Source: Mobula hypostoma | Lineage: Eukaryota | Length of the DNA: 64,000 nt | Direction: 5' to 3' | Assembly: GCF_963921235.1 (NCBI RefSeq) | Contig: NC_086100.1 | Location: forward strand, 156,674,001 to 156,738,000 | Shown: piece after piece, positions 1 to 12,745 of the stretch | How positions within the stretch are numbered: the first letter of the stretch is position 1 | How the letters are laid out: each line of letters begins with the position of its first letter | The notes under the pieces: generated by a model | Seen by the model: the letters and a program-made list of their open reading frames with translations, nothing else | What the model was told of the DNA's origin: nothing | The model's database searches: none | Made by a program: the position numbers and the translations under genes

Positions 1-455
1 TTCAACCAAAAAACAACTGCAAAAACGCCCAGGGAAAATTAGTTCTGCATTGCAGTTACAGTTTGTGCATAGCTATTAAAGGGGAGCCATCTAGTGGGCA
101 CTTCAAATGAATCATTTTGAACTCTCTGAATTGTAATTTTTATCAAAAACATTTTTCTCTCAGCATACTTAAATAGCCTACTCTCAAGATAAATTACCAA
201 TTACTGAGATCTAAGAGTCAAAAGATTTTGGTTGTATAAGCTAACTATTAGTATTGTGTAAAGGCAGACAATGAGCAGGTTTACAAATTTCACCAATACT
301 GACAAATGGGACAATGCAACAAAACTGTGCTTCAACCATTTGTTTACTTTCTCTGACATTAATAATAATAAAACAATTTTTAATATACTAATGCAAGCAG
401 AGAATACACAAAGTAAGACATAATGCTCCTATGTACATCAATATTTTGGACATTA

Positions 456-1815
456 AGAGGGTTGTGAACTTCAAGTTCCCGGGAGTGAACATCACCAATA
501 GCCTCTCCTGGTCCAACCACAATTCCTCTACTTCCTCGAGGCTAAAGAAATTTGGCATGTCCCTGTCAACCCTTACCAATTTTTGTTGATACACCATAAA
601 AAGCATGCTATCTGGATGCATCACAGCTTGGTATGGCAACTGCCCTGCACATCATGGCAAGAAACAGCAGAGTTGTGGATACAGCTTAGTACATTTCGGA
701 AACAAACCTCCAATCTATGGACTCTTTCTATACTTTTCGCTGCCTCAGTAATATAGCTAGCATCATCAAACACTCTACCCACCTTGGACACTTTCATTTT
801 TCCCCCTCTACAATTGGGTAGAAGATACAAAAGCCTGAAAGCACATACCATCAGGTTCAAGGGAAGCTTTCATCCCACTGTTATAAGACTATTAAATCAT
901 TCTCTAGTATGATAACATGGATTCATTATCTCACAATCTACCTTTGTCATTATTTTGTTGCTCATTGTTTATCTGCACTGCACTTTTTCTACAGCTGTTA
1001 CACTTTATTCTGCATTGTTGTTTTCCCTTGTCCTACCTCAATGGGGGGAGAAGATGGCAGTGCAACGGCAGCGCGCGCGGCCACTTCGGTGACGAATATC
1101 TGTTATCTGTCAAGTAGGGGACCATGCACAATTCTGATTTGATGGAGACAGACGTGAGAGCACAGCGGAACATCTGGAAAACTTCTGAAATGCCTGCTTC
1201 GCTGCCACTGCTACTGTGTGGTAACCGGAATCTCCAGAGCTGAAGGCCCCGAAATCCTCGGCTTTGCGTGTTTCAGCAGCCGGGGCGAGGTTGAATGCGC
1301 TCGGCAGAGGATGGCGCTTGGGAGGCTGTATCGGAGAGACTGGTCGGAAGCTCGAAGTTTTTGGACGGATGGACTCAGTGTTGGCTGGGGTCAGCTGCTT
1401 CCAAGGTTTCGGCAAGTTGACGGTGCCTGGAGGTTTATGGCAGGGAGTTTCTCCCTTTTGCCGCCTGCTATCGGGGACTCGGGAGTCGATCGACTCGGGA
1501 CTTTGAGACTTTTTTTTTTACTGTGCCCATGGTCTGTTCTTTATCAAATTATGGTATTGCTTTGCACTGCTGTAACTGTAGGTTATAATTATGTGGTTCT
1601 GTCAGTGTTAGTCTTTGGTATGTCTTGCTTTCTGTGATATCACTCCGGAGAAACATTGTATCATTTCTTAACGCATGTATGCATTTCTAAATGACAATAA
1701 AAGAGGACTGAGTGTTCTCATAATCTAATACACTATGTTATGTTTTAAACAGTATGCAAGCCAAGCTTTCCACTGCATCTCAGTACATGTGACAATAATA
1801 AACCAAAGTCTAATT
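456..1815 (+). mobile_element. Rex1/Babar-type LINE 3' fragment, interrupted by the insertion at 1043-1729
   Basis: Decayed coding for FKFPGVNITNSLSWSNH, SMLSGCITAWYGNC and LQLGRRYKSL. The 3' tail resumes after 1729. Confidence 0.7.
1043..1729 (+). mobile_element. Non-autonomous retroposon, copy 1 (about 690 bp)
   Basis: Colinear with the reverse complement of 19734-20408. G-rich head with AAGATGGC; 3' AATAAA, hairpin and ATCTA tail. Confidence 0.85.
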
Positions 1816-2265
1816 CATTGAAATTATAATGCATAAGAATGTAGGAGCAAATAGGTAAGTGCAACATTTTGCTTGGACATTCAGTTTTTTTTGGTACTAT
1901 CTAAAAAGGTAACTTCCTCTGTGTGGAGCTTGCCATTCTCTCCAAGACCTTCTCAGTTTCTTCCAGAAACTCTGGTTTCCTCCCATATCACAAAGATGAT
2001 AGATACATTGCCATAGTGTAGGTAAGAGAATCAAGGGCGAGCTCATGATCTTGAGAGAGAATAGATTAGTGTGAAATAATCGAGGAAATGGATTATTTCT
2101 GACAATCATGAATGCTGTTTTATCCTGAATGATACCAGATTTCTTAAGCACCACTGAAGTTGCAATCGTCCAAGCAGAATATTTTCCCTCTTCCAGAAAT
2201 AGGCCTTGTCCAGTTATCTAGAACTTGCTGCATGCAAGCAAAGCCCAAGTTGTGCATATGTAATG

Positions 2266-3118
2266 TGTTACCTAACCGGCAACAATGAATATCACTTGAG
2301 TCAGGTTATATAAAAACAACCAAACATAAACAATAAAAAACAAACGAAAACCTTAACTGGAAGTTAACCGCTATGCAGCCGTTCAACAAATCATCACTCG
2401 GTACTGATTCTTACAGCAATAAATGCGAAAACAGTTCTTAAAGCGGTAAAGTCAAATACAGTTCTTAAAATGGTAAATTTGAAAGTCCAAGAGATTTATA
2501 CATTCAATTGTGAGAGACTTCTCTGGAGAAGGATTTCTTCATAGATGCGACTTTCCTGCTGGTTCTGTCCAAAGGATTCACGATGAAGGAAATAAACAGC
2601 TTAAAACAACTGACCTTAATTTCTAGAGAGCACCTTTCATGAACTTCCTTGCTCTTTTGGCAAGAGTTATCTTCAATGCAGGTTGCTACTTCTTCAACGA
2701 GTTCTCAATAAGGTCGATCCTTTACTAAACTGCCGAACATTCCCGACTTCTCTTAATCCTTCATATCCTGTACTTCGATAAAGTCTTCACTCTCCAATAC
2801 TACTGAAAAAAGGTACATCAACAAATCTAGCAAAAATTGCCAGTCCAGCACTACTGTACCTTGCAACAGAACGTAACACTCCGTTTTAAAAATGAAACTG
2901 CGTCATTAAAAAAAATACGCAACAGAAACGGAGACAATGACGAATGTTCTAGCTGGAAAACTAAAAAACTAAAACTAACTGAATCATCTGAGGTCTTCCC
3001 TTATATACCCGTGGTGAACATGTCATCACATGACCTCACATCGGTGGGAAAATTATATCAGGTGACCTCCAAAAGACCATTACATCATTCTCACAAGAAA
3101 GTCACAAGGTAGGTAACA
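2266..3118 (-). mobile_element. Solo LTR (853 bp), probably Gypsy-type
   Basis: TGTTACCTA...TAGGTAACA inverted termini, perfect 4-bp TSD AATG (2262-2265 and 3119-3122), TATA-like GGGTATATAAGGG on the - strand near 3005. Confidence 0.85.
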
Positions 3119-3350
3119 AATGTTTATTTCCAATCTTGAAGAAACATCTCCACTTTTAAACCTATAGTGAAAGGTCTATGAGGCAGCAAAGATGACTTGA
3201 TGCAAGGCATTACCCCCTATTATCTCTTGCCACAATATTCAGTTTCTATGCAAATACTGTCAAAATTGAATCAAACCAGATCTAAATCATTGAATTTGGC
3301 CAAACAAACTGAAGTTTGCCATTAAATTTTATAAGCTAAATCAACCTTAC

Positions 3351-3428
3351 TTTGGCCATCTCATTCTCCAGCTCCTCGTCACTTTCAATCACACAAGAAA
3401 GATCTGCTTCTTCATCCACTTTAGGAGC
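3351..3428 (-). CDS. WRN: WRN exon 10, acidic repeat unit; gene continues beyond the left edge of the window
   Basis: APKVDEEADLSCVIESDEELENEMAK (human SYVIESDEDLEMEMLK). 78 nt, phase 0/0, ttttag acceptor, gtaagg donor. Confidence 0.92.
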
Positions 3429-3610
3429 CTAAAATAGTACAGACAAAAATGTTATCATTATGACCTGAAAACAAAGTGCAATCATCCACATGAAGAAAGA
3501 GATCACAGAAAAATGGACAAACAAAGCCATGGAGCTATCCAAAAATAAAACTGAGAATTTTGCTTAACAAAAGTCAGTATGGGATAGTAATCAAAGAGTA
3601 AAGGAACAAC

Positions 3611-5106
3611 ATTGAAGGTCCAAGTATTTTAAAATCTGAAGTTCATAATGCAATAAATAAGATGAAGAAAGGAAAGGCAACAGGTCCCGATGAATTATCG
3701 CCCTTGAAGATTATGGAATAGAAAAACCTACTGATTTAATCAATGACATTTATGAGACTGGAATGATACCAGAAGAGATGAAAAAATCAGTATTTATCAC
3801 TCTTCCTAAGAAACCTGCAGCAATAGAATGTGAATTACATAGGACCATAAGTTTAATGAGTCATATTACCAAGATACTTCTAAGAATTTTGATGACAAGA
3901 GCTAAAGGTAAGTTACCAGCTGGAATAGGTAAAGAACAATGTGGTTTTGTGAAAGACAAAGGTACAGGACACAATATTGACGTTAAGGACACTATCAGAA
4001 TGAGCTATTCAAGTGCAAAAAGATTTGTTTGTTTTATCGATTAAACAAAAGCATTCGATAAAGTGAAGCACAATAAGTTATCTGAAATATTACAGAAAAC
4101 TCTAGATCTAGATTCAAAAGACCTCCGCCTAATCAGAAATCTGTACTGGGGACAAACTGCCGCTGTAAGAATAGATGGAGAAGTGAGTCAGTTTACGAAA
4201 ATCAAGAGAGGCACAAGACAAGGGTGTGTTTTCTCCCCTGATTTATTTAATGTGTACAGTGAAACAATATTACAAAAAATAAGAGACATCTTGGGAATCA
4301 AAGTTGGTGGTGAAAACATCAATAATTTCAGATATGCAGATGACACTGTGTTAATTGCAAGTATGGAGGAAGAACTACAGAAATTAATTGATATGGTTGT
4401 TGAAGAAAGTGCAAAAATAGGTCTATGAATTGCAAAAAGACAGAATGTATGGTGATATCCAAAAAGAAGGAGAATCCTATCTGCAAGCTGAGAATAAACG
4501 GGGAAGACATAAAACAAGTACAGTACTTTTGCTACTTAGGAAGCTGGGTGACATCAGATGGCAGGTGCAACATGGACATCAAAAGAGGAATAGGATGGCA
4601 AAAGACACCTCTACGAGAATGAAGAGTATACTGACTAATACTAAACTAGGCATGACAACCCGCCTCAGAGTACTGAAATGTTACGTTTATCTAGTTATGT
4701 TATATGGCTCAGAATGTTGGACAATATCTAGTAACATAAGGAAACAAATTGAAGCAGCAGAGATGTGGTTTTTAAGGAGGATGCAAAGAATATCATGAAC
4801 GAAACAAATATCTAATGAGGATATCATGAACAGAGCAAACACAAAAAGTGAAATAATGTATGAGATCATGAAAAGGCAATGTAACTTCATCGGGCATGTG
4901 AGTAGGAATGAGGAGTTAGAATGCACAGTAATTATGGGGAAGATTGAAGGGAAGAAAGCAAGAGGAAGACAAAGGCAAACGATGATGGAGACAGCAGCCA
5001 GAGAACTGGAAATGATTATCAATGAATTGATCCATTTGACCCGAAACAGGAGTGTGTGGGCCATGGCAGTCAAAGCTCAAACTGGGCACAGCACCTGAAG
5101 ATGATG
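3611..5106 (+). mobile_element. 5'-truncated RTE (BovB-like) LINE, frameshifted RT
   Basis: RT motifs RTISLMSHITKILLRI, GTRQGCVFSPDLFN, RYADDTVL, YGSECWT. (TGA)n-like tail. 11-bp TSD AAAGGAACAAC at 3600-3610 and 5107-5117. Confidence 0.92.
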
Positions 5107-5664
5107 AAAGGAACAACTAAAATTTGATGTCGAGTTAGACACAAAGAGCAAATTTTAAATTACCTCAAGTATAAGGATGGTGGGCACAGGAGTTCACGTA
5201 GGCGTACTAGAACAATCAGGTCTAGCAGCAACAAAAGCATGGGTGCAGGCATCGACAGCAGATCAACAGAGGCATAAATGGAGTCAAGCAATGACAGAAG
5301 TGAAAATGGATAATGGTGTAGAATGTGGCTGGAACGCCATCTTATGGTCAAATACGACAAGAACCCAGGAAAGTCAAGTTCAGCCCCAGTCAGTTGATGC
5401 AAATCAAGAAGAAAACAGATACTTTGTTGCTGCTGTGCACAAAAAAAATAAGCAGGTGGGCAGAAGCAAAGTATCTGGAAAATAATATTGACAAGTGATA
5501 TGTCAGCCTTTATGACAAAAGGCTTGGGAATCAGAAGAAATTAGTGCAGTGTATACATTTTGTTTTCTTAGCCACAGTAGGATGTATATGCCTTAGAGGA
5601 AGGCAATGGAGGTTCAGTGAACCCTAAAATGAAGCGTTAACAATAAGACGTCAGATTATGAGTT

Positions 5665-6730
5665 CCCAGGATGCTGCTTTCCTCTCCAGGACATTAGAGA
5701 TGTCCTCCTCCTTTAAAGAATGGGGTTTCCCTTCCTCCACCATTAATGCTGCCTTTACCCCTATCTCCTCCATTTCCTGAACACCCATGCTCACCACATC
5801 TTTCCACTGCATTAAGTGATAGCTTCTCATCGTTACCTACCGCCCATAAGCTTCCGCATCCAACACATTCTCCGCAACTTCTGCAATCTCCAAAGAGATC
5901 CTACCACCAAACACATCTTTACCTTCCCCCCTCCCTCTGCTCTCCGAAGGGATAGCTCCCTCCATGATTCCTTGTCTATTCGTCCCTCCCAGCACTTATC
6001 CCTGCAAGCGACCAAAGTACTACACCTGCCCATTCACCTCCTCCCTTCATTTCCATTCAGGGCCCAAGTAGTCCTTCCAGGTGAGGCAATACTTCACCTG
6101 TGCATCTGCTGGGGTAATTTATTGTGTCTGGTGCTCCTGATGCGACCTCCTCTACATTCATGAGACCCATCGTTAATTAGGGGGACCACTTCGTTGAGCA
6201 CCTCTGCTCCATCCACCAAAAGCTGAACTTCCTGGTGGGCAAACATTTTAATTTCAATTCCTATTCCCATTCTAACATGTCAGTCCATGGCCTCCTCTTG
6301 TGCCCAGAAGAGTCCACCCTCAGGGTGGAGAAGTGGCACTTCAGTCTGGGTACCTTCCACCTGATGGCATGGATATTGATTTCTGCTTCTGCCCTCCTCC
6401 CCGCCCCATTCAATTCCCTACTCTGGCCTCTTACCTCTTTTCACCTGTCTATCAGTTCCCCCTGGATCTGTCCCTCCTTCCCTTTCTCCTATGGCCATCT
6501 TCCTCTCCTATTAGATTCCTTCCTCTCCAGCCCTTTACCTTTCCTACCTACCTGGCTTCACCTATCACCTTCTAGCTATCCTGCTTCCCCTCTCCCCACC
6601 ATTTTATTCTGGGATCTGCCCCCTTCCTTTCAAGTACTGAAGAAAGGTCTCAGCCCGAAACGTAGACTCTTTATTTATTTCCATAGATGCTGCCTAACTT
6701 ACTGAGTTCCTCCAGAATTTTGTTTGTGTT
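5665..6730 (+). mobile_element. Decayed Penelope-like element, 3' part
   Basis: Homologous to 23834-25010 (IQHILRNFCNLQRDPTTKHIF), GIY-YIG remnants, pyrimidine-rich UTR, hammerhead core at 6637-6668. Confidence 0.85.
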
Positions 6731-8635
6731 ACTTCACATTAGGAGTTATTCAAGCTTGAAAGAATAGGAGATAATGTCATTGAAAGATGTAAGATTATAA
6801 AACGCCTGAGTTTTTTTTCCTCTATATTTGCAGAATTTGTCTCCTTTTGCACATTGGTTGTTTGCCAGTCTTTGTAGTTTTTCACTGAATCTATTATATT
6901 TCTTTGTTCAACTGCAAATACCTGCAGGAAAACAAATCTCTGGGTAGTCTGTGGTGATACACATGAACTTTGATAATAAATTTACTTTGAATTTTGATTT
7001 TTAAAAAACTTAAAGTACATAACCTATGGTGATAGTCTTAACACAAGGGTTGGACAAGGAGAAATATCTTCACTCAATCCTCTTCACCAGAGGTTGGTAA
7101 TGATCAGTTCTTGAGCAAGATAAGCATTGGAATTGAAATATTTTTGGACATTAAGGGATGCGGAAATAAGTTTGAAAATTAGACATGATATTAAATACTG
7201 GAATATTCTTGAATGACATTTGTTACACTCTGCTCAACCTTTCAATCATTCCATATTCTATACTCTATAGGGAGGGCTTACTACTGACCCTGTGGAAGTA
7301 CAGGTGCACTTGTGACTTTCTGCAAAAGTCAGAAAAATATCTATCAGCATTTCCCAATCTATCTTTGTATACTTGAAGCTTAAAACTCATAGAATGCATC
7401 AAACATTTTGAGGACACCAAGCCTGAATTAACCATTTAACTGATAGTGGAAAATAGACCCTTTAAGTGTCCATGATAAGGATTGTTCCTGCCGAACATAT
7501 TATCAAAACTGAATCCTACTAGATCATAGGATCATTCATAGCAAGGCTATGAAACAAGAATTAAGACTGAAAGGAATGGAAAATGATAAATGGCTGTTTT
7601 TTGAAATGGATGACCATAGAGGGAATGGGAATTGATGTGAATGCAAGAAGAATAAAAAATGGGATTAATATAGCATTCACATAAATGGGGGCTGATGGTT
7701 GATGCATGCAAGGGACCTGTTTCTATACTGTATTTTTTTATGACTCTAACTATACAAAAGAAAACACAAAGGAACATTTGAAAGCTATGAAATGTAGAGC
7801 TGTAGGAAATGCCCAGGAGATCAAGCGATATTTCCATAGAGTGAAATTGGAGTTACTATTACAGGAGGATTAACCTGCAGTGAAACAGACTAGCTGCAAA
7901 CAAAGAAAGCTAGTTACCAAGAAATTGTTGAGATTGATTGAACCTGAAAGGCTGCAATATAACCATGAGGTGATGTTCCTCAAGCTTATGGTGGGTTTTG
8001 TTATAATAGTGCGAGAGGGCACAGTATAAGGCAAGTAGAATAGACGTGGGTTAGAGATTTACAGCATCTGCAATTTTTAATATTCACCACCAAAGCCAAC
8101 TTGTGTGCTCCCATCCACATGGCTTTTTCCATATGTGCATTTTCTTGTCATTCCAGCTGTTTGAACACCTCATATCTTACTTTAGTTGTATTACTTCTTC
8201 ACCCACTGATATGTTAAAGCCATAACATGGAATTCACTCAGTTTAATTCAGTCTCCTAACTAAAGTACCCTATTAATATTGGATGGTGATACTTGTATAT
8301 ACTGGCAGTAACATCAAATAATGTAATAAAACTTAAAAGCTTGAATTGCACATTGGTAATTTGTGCTTTAATCCTGCAGATCCATTACCTATCCTCTACT
8401 TAACATTTAATTTCTTCTCACCAAATGTCAATTTTTGACAACATTGCTCTTTCCATCTTGCTCAGTTATCACTTCACTCAATGATGTACTCTTAGCTTAT
8501 GCCAGCATTTACTACATTGAGACAGTTTAAATAATTTATTGTATTTTGATTTTAGATAATACTTTGTATAGCATTTTATTGCATTAGAACAACAGAAGAA
8601 GTTGTAAGAGAAGATACTCAAATATTATATTTTAC

Positions 8636-9065
8636 CTTATTTGGCAAAGAAGAAATATTATTCAGTGCATCTTCCTCTTGTGCCTGACGTTCTAACATCT
8701 GAATCTCATATTCTGTTATGTCCAAAGACATCAGGTAATCCTCACATTTATTTTGATTGTCTTCTGGATCATTTTGGTCAGTTGTTTGGCTCTTCATGTT
8801 TTGTATGTGGTCTGCACTGCTGTTATATGGATCTAATGGCACATCAGTCAAGTGACACTCTGGGTCTGGTTCTTGACAACTCTGGTTTGTCATTTCAGCC
8901 GCTTCCAAACTATTTTCTGAAATATTATTTTCTCCCTCATTGCCCCTAAGCAATTTAATTTCTGCTTCATTCCCTGGTCGCACACCAATTCCAGATGTTG
9001 CTTCAGTCAAGATCTTCCGCAAATCAGAAACATTTTCAGAAATGACGTTCAAGATATCTGTAGCT
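8636..9065 (-). CDS. WRN: WRN exon 9
   Basis: ATDILNVISENVSDLRKIL...LMSLDITEYEIQMLERQAQEE...NK (human ILLKDISENLYSLRRMI...LDITEHELQILEQQSQEE). 430 nt, in phase. Confidence 0.92.
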
Positions 9066-9739
9066 CTACTAAAGAAATCCAAGTATGAAGCATGTAGTAA
9101 ACCAATCTCAAAAGAACAAGTAAATACGAATAAAAGTGTAACCTATATGCTTTTAAACAACATACAAGTACATCTGCATGCACGTATTCCTTATTGGATG
9201 ATTTTATCAGAAAAGTGCCTCTTCCTTCTAACAAACAGAGGACAACGTTTACTCCAAATGACTGTTCCTTGGGTAATCTTAAATGGATTGAATATCCTCA
9301 GATAAGTAATCTCCTGCAAACCCAAAATACCCTTAAAAATGGAAAATGCAAATGCATTGTTTACAAGCTGTAAGCGGACCTCTGAATTCTGACCACAGGC
9401 TTCCCACTGAATGATATGATCATTCATGTGTAGCTAGAGTTAATATGGCCAATTTGATATGGGAACGGAACAAGGCTATTGACTGGACAGTAATGGATTT
9501 CAAAACAGCAGCTTTAAAAACAGTTCCCCTAAAAAATAAGTTTTTGCCTGCTTTATTTCCCTTGAACTATATCTAAAAGAATTCTCAAAGTGATCAATGA
9601 ATTCAAATAATCTGCTTTTTCACTGTATTTACTGTGTTGTACTTTCATTGTTACTATGTTGCATATCGTTTGCTCCATAAATGTTGACATACTTATACAT
9701 AATTGTCATAAAATCCACACATCAGTTTAAATATTAGAT

Positions 9740-10494
9740 CAGGGGTCCCCAACCTTTTTTGCACTGTGGACCGGTTTAATATTGACAATATTCTTGCGAA
9801 CCGGCGGACCGAGGGGGGGGTGTTCAAGTAGGGTTGCCAACTTTCTCACTCCCAAATAAGGGACAAAAGTAGCAGTCAAATACGGGACACTTGTGTTTAC
9901 CCCGAGAAACACCACCTTGACCATGAAGCCTTGCACGGGCACCTGTGTGCACATGCGTGTACGTGCCGATTTTTTTCTACAAATCGGTTTTGGCTTAATC
10001 TTCCCGATCCTGTTAAGTGGAACTACACTGTACATCCATTATTTCTACTTTATATAGGCTGTGTATTTATCGTATCATTCCTGCTTTTACTATATGTTAG
10101 TGTTATTTTAGGTTTTATGTGTTATTTGGTATGATTTGGTAGGTTATTTTTTGGGTCTGGGAACGCTCAAAAATTTTTCCCATATAAATTAATGGCAATT
10201 GCTTCTTCGCTTTATGCCATTTTGGCTTACAAACAGTTTCATAGGAACGCTCTACCTTAGCGGGGGAAATATGGGACAAGGGCGGTCCCATATGGGACAA
10301 ACCAATTTAGCCCAATATACGGGATGTCCTGGCTAATACGGGACAGTTGGCAACCCTATGTACAAGTTCCAACAGTGCATGACAGGGAATGAGGAAAGGT
10401 GCAGCTGACTCATATCATTTCATATCATCAAATCATATCCTTTCTTTGCGGCCCGGTAGCACATGCTTTGCGACCCAGTGGTTGGGGACCACTG
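9740..10494. mobile_element. hAT (Charlie-like) MITE containing a nested element
   Basis: TIRs CAGGGGTCCCCAACC / GGTTGGGGACCACTG; 8-bp TSD TATTAGAT / TAATAGAT. Confidence 0.85.
9829..10358. mobile_element. Nested hAT MITE
   Basis: TIRs TAGGGTTGCCAAC / GTTGGCAACCCTA; 8-bp TSD TGTTCAAG / TGTACAAG; subterminal GGGACA repeats. Confidence 0.88.
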
Positions 10495-10680
10495 TAATAG
10501 ATAACCAAACCACTATTTGCTAAAATAAAAGACAACAGCTTGAAACTTAGAAAAATAACAAGCACAATTAGAAAAGCAAATTAAGTAGGGCAAAAACACT
10601 GCTACACTCAGCAGGTCAAGCAGTATCTGAAACAAATCTGACCCTTCATCAAAATTAGAAAAGTGAAAACATGCTTACGT

Positions 10681-12745
10681 TCAGAATCAGAATCAACTTT
10701 AATATCACTGCACATATGTCAGGAACTTGAAACTACTCATCCTTTCCACTGCTGATCCCTCCACAAAAACTAGTGTCTGTTCCCTCGACTTCCCATTTCT
10801 GAAGTCAACAATTAATCCCTTGGATTTACTGACGTTGAGTGCAAGGTTCTTGTCGCAACACCATTCAACCAACTGAAAAAAATCTCACATCTGTACACCT
10901 CTTCATCACCATCTGAAATTCTGCCAGCAACAGTTGTGTCATCAGCAAATATGTAGATGCTGCTTGAGTTATGCCTAGCCACGCAGTCACCGGTGTAGAG
11001 AGAGTAAAGCTGTGGGCTAATCATGCATTCTTGAGGTGCGACAGTATCGATCAGCTGCAAAGAGGAGATGTTATTTCTGATCCACACTGGTATCAGAAGG
11101 TGGTACAGAGGACCAGGTTTTGGAGCTTGTTGATTAGTACTGAGAATATGATTGTGCTGAATGCTGAGGTGTAATCAATAAACAGCAACCTGACATAGGC
11201 ATTGCTATTGTCCAGGTGATCCAAAGCAGAGTGGAGATCCAGTGAGATTGCATCTCCTGTAGACCTATTGTGGTGAAAGGCAAACTGCAGCAGGTCCAGG
11301 TCTTAGCTAGGCACGAATTGATTCTGGCCACGACAAACCTCTCAAAACACTTCATTACAGTAGATATGAGTGCAATTCAGTGATAGTCATTGAAGAAGCT
11401 CACCCTGTTCTTCTTGGGCACTGGTATGATCGTCACCTTTTTGAAGCACGTGGGAACCTCCAACTGCAGTAGTGAGAGATTGAAGATGTCCTTGAACACT
11501 CCCGCCAGTTGGTTGGCACAGGTTTTCAGTGCCCTACCAGGTAGGCTACCAGTGCCTGACGGCCTTGCAAGAGCTCACCCTCCTCAGAGATGTCCTGACA
11601 TTAGCCTCTGAGACAAAGATCACAGGGTCACCCAATTCTGCAGGGATTTCCACAGGCATAGTTTTATTCTCCCTTTCAAAAGATGCATAAAAAGGGTGAG
11701 CTCATCTGGGGGTGAAGCATCACAGCCTTTCATGATACTAGGTTTCGCTTTCTAGGTAGTAATGGCCTGCAAACCCTTCCAGAGCTGATGTGCATCTAAC
11801 TTCAATCAGAATTGGTTTTTTTTTTACTTTTAAAGTGCCTTCTGTAGGTCATACCTGGACTTCTTGTATAGTTCTAGATCACCAGTCTTGAAAGCTGCAG
11901 ATCTAGCTCTCAGCAGACTACGAATTATACACTCATCCACACAGGTCCTGATGAAGACTGTGACAACAGTGATGTATTCATTCTGATTCAACGATGAATT
12001 CCTTGAGTATTGCCCAGTCCACAAACTCAAAGCTCCTTTACCTTCTTTGACCATACTTTCTTGGTCCTCACCACTGGTGTTGCAGTCTTTAGTCTCTGCT
12101 GATATAGTGGGAGAATTACAACCAAGTAATCAGACATCCCAAAATGTGGACATAGGATGCAACAGCAAGTCTTCTTGAAGGTGTTATAACAGTGGTTACG
12201 AGTGTTGGCTCTTCTGGTTCTACAGGAGATATAGTTCAGAGACCTCTTCTTACTGGCCCAGTTAAAGTACACGGCAATGTCAGGGAAGGCATTAGGGTGG
12301 CTGTTTGACTGCTGATCACAGTGCTCAGCTCCTCTAGCGCTGCCTGATGTTGGTCTGAAGTGGAATGTACAGCACTACCGGGAAGACGGCAGAAAATTCC
12401 CTCCGCAGAAAAAAGTGGACGATGTTTGACCGTGAAATTTTCCAAGTCAGATGAGCAGGATTGAAACAAAACTGCCACTTTGTCCACCACGGTGAGTTAA
12501 TAACAAAGTATACTCCACCACCTCTACCTTTAAGAGACTGAGCTGCCCTGTCTTTGCGGAGAATGGTGAAGCGATCGGACTACAGCGCTGCGTCCAAAAT
12601 GGCAGAAGCATGAAGCAAAGTACAGAGCAATCTCTGATGTCCCACTGGTACTGCAGTTGGGAAAACGTGGAGAGCAAAAGGCAATTCTTGTGGTATGATG
12701 GGGACTAAGGTTGTCCATGTGACAGCCTGGACAACCTTACTTTTG
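10681..12745 (-). mobile_element. Decayed, internally deleted Rex1/Babar LINE
   Basis: RT motifs MKCFERFV, PQECMISPQLYSLYT, IFADDTTV; endonuclease remnants (PHFGMSDYL, RDCSVLCF); (GATTCT)n tail at about 10681-10694. Confidence 0.8.

Noticed and set aside
1110-1637. ORFs inside the non-autonomous retroposon (also 19853-20506)
   Set aside because: Frames are not preserved between the two copies.
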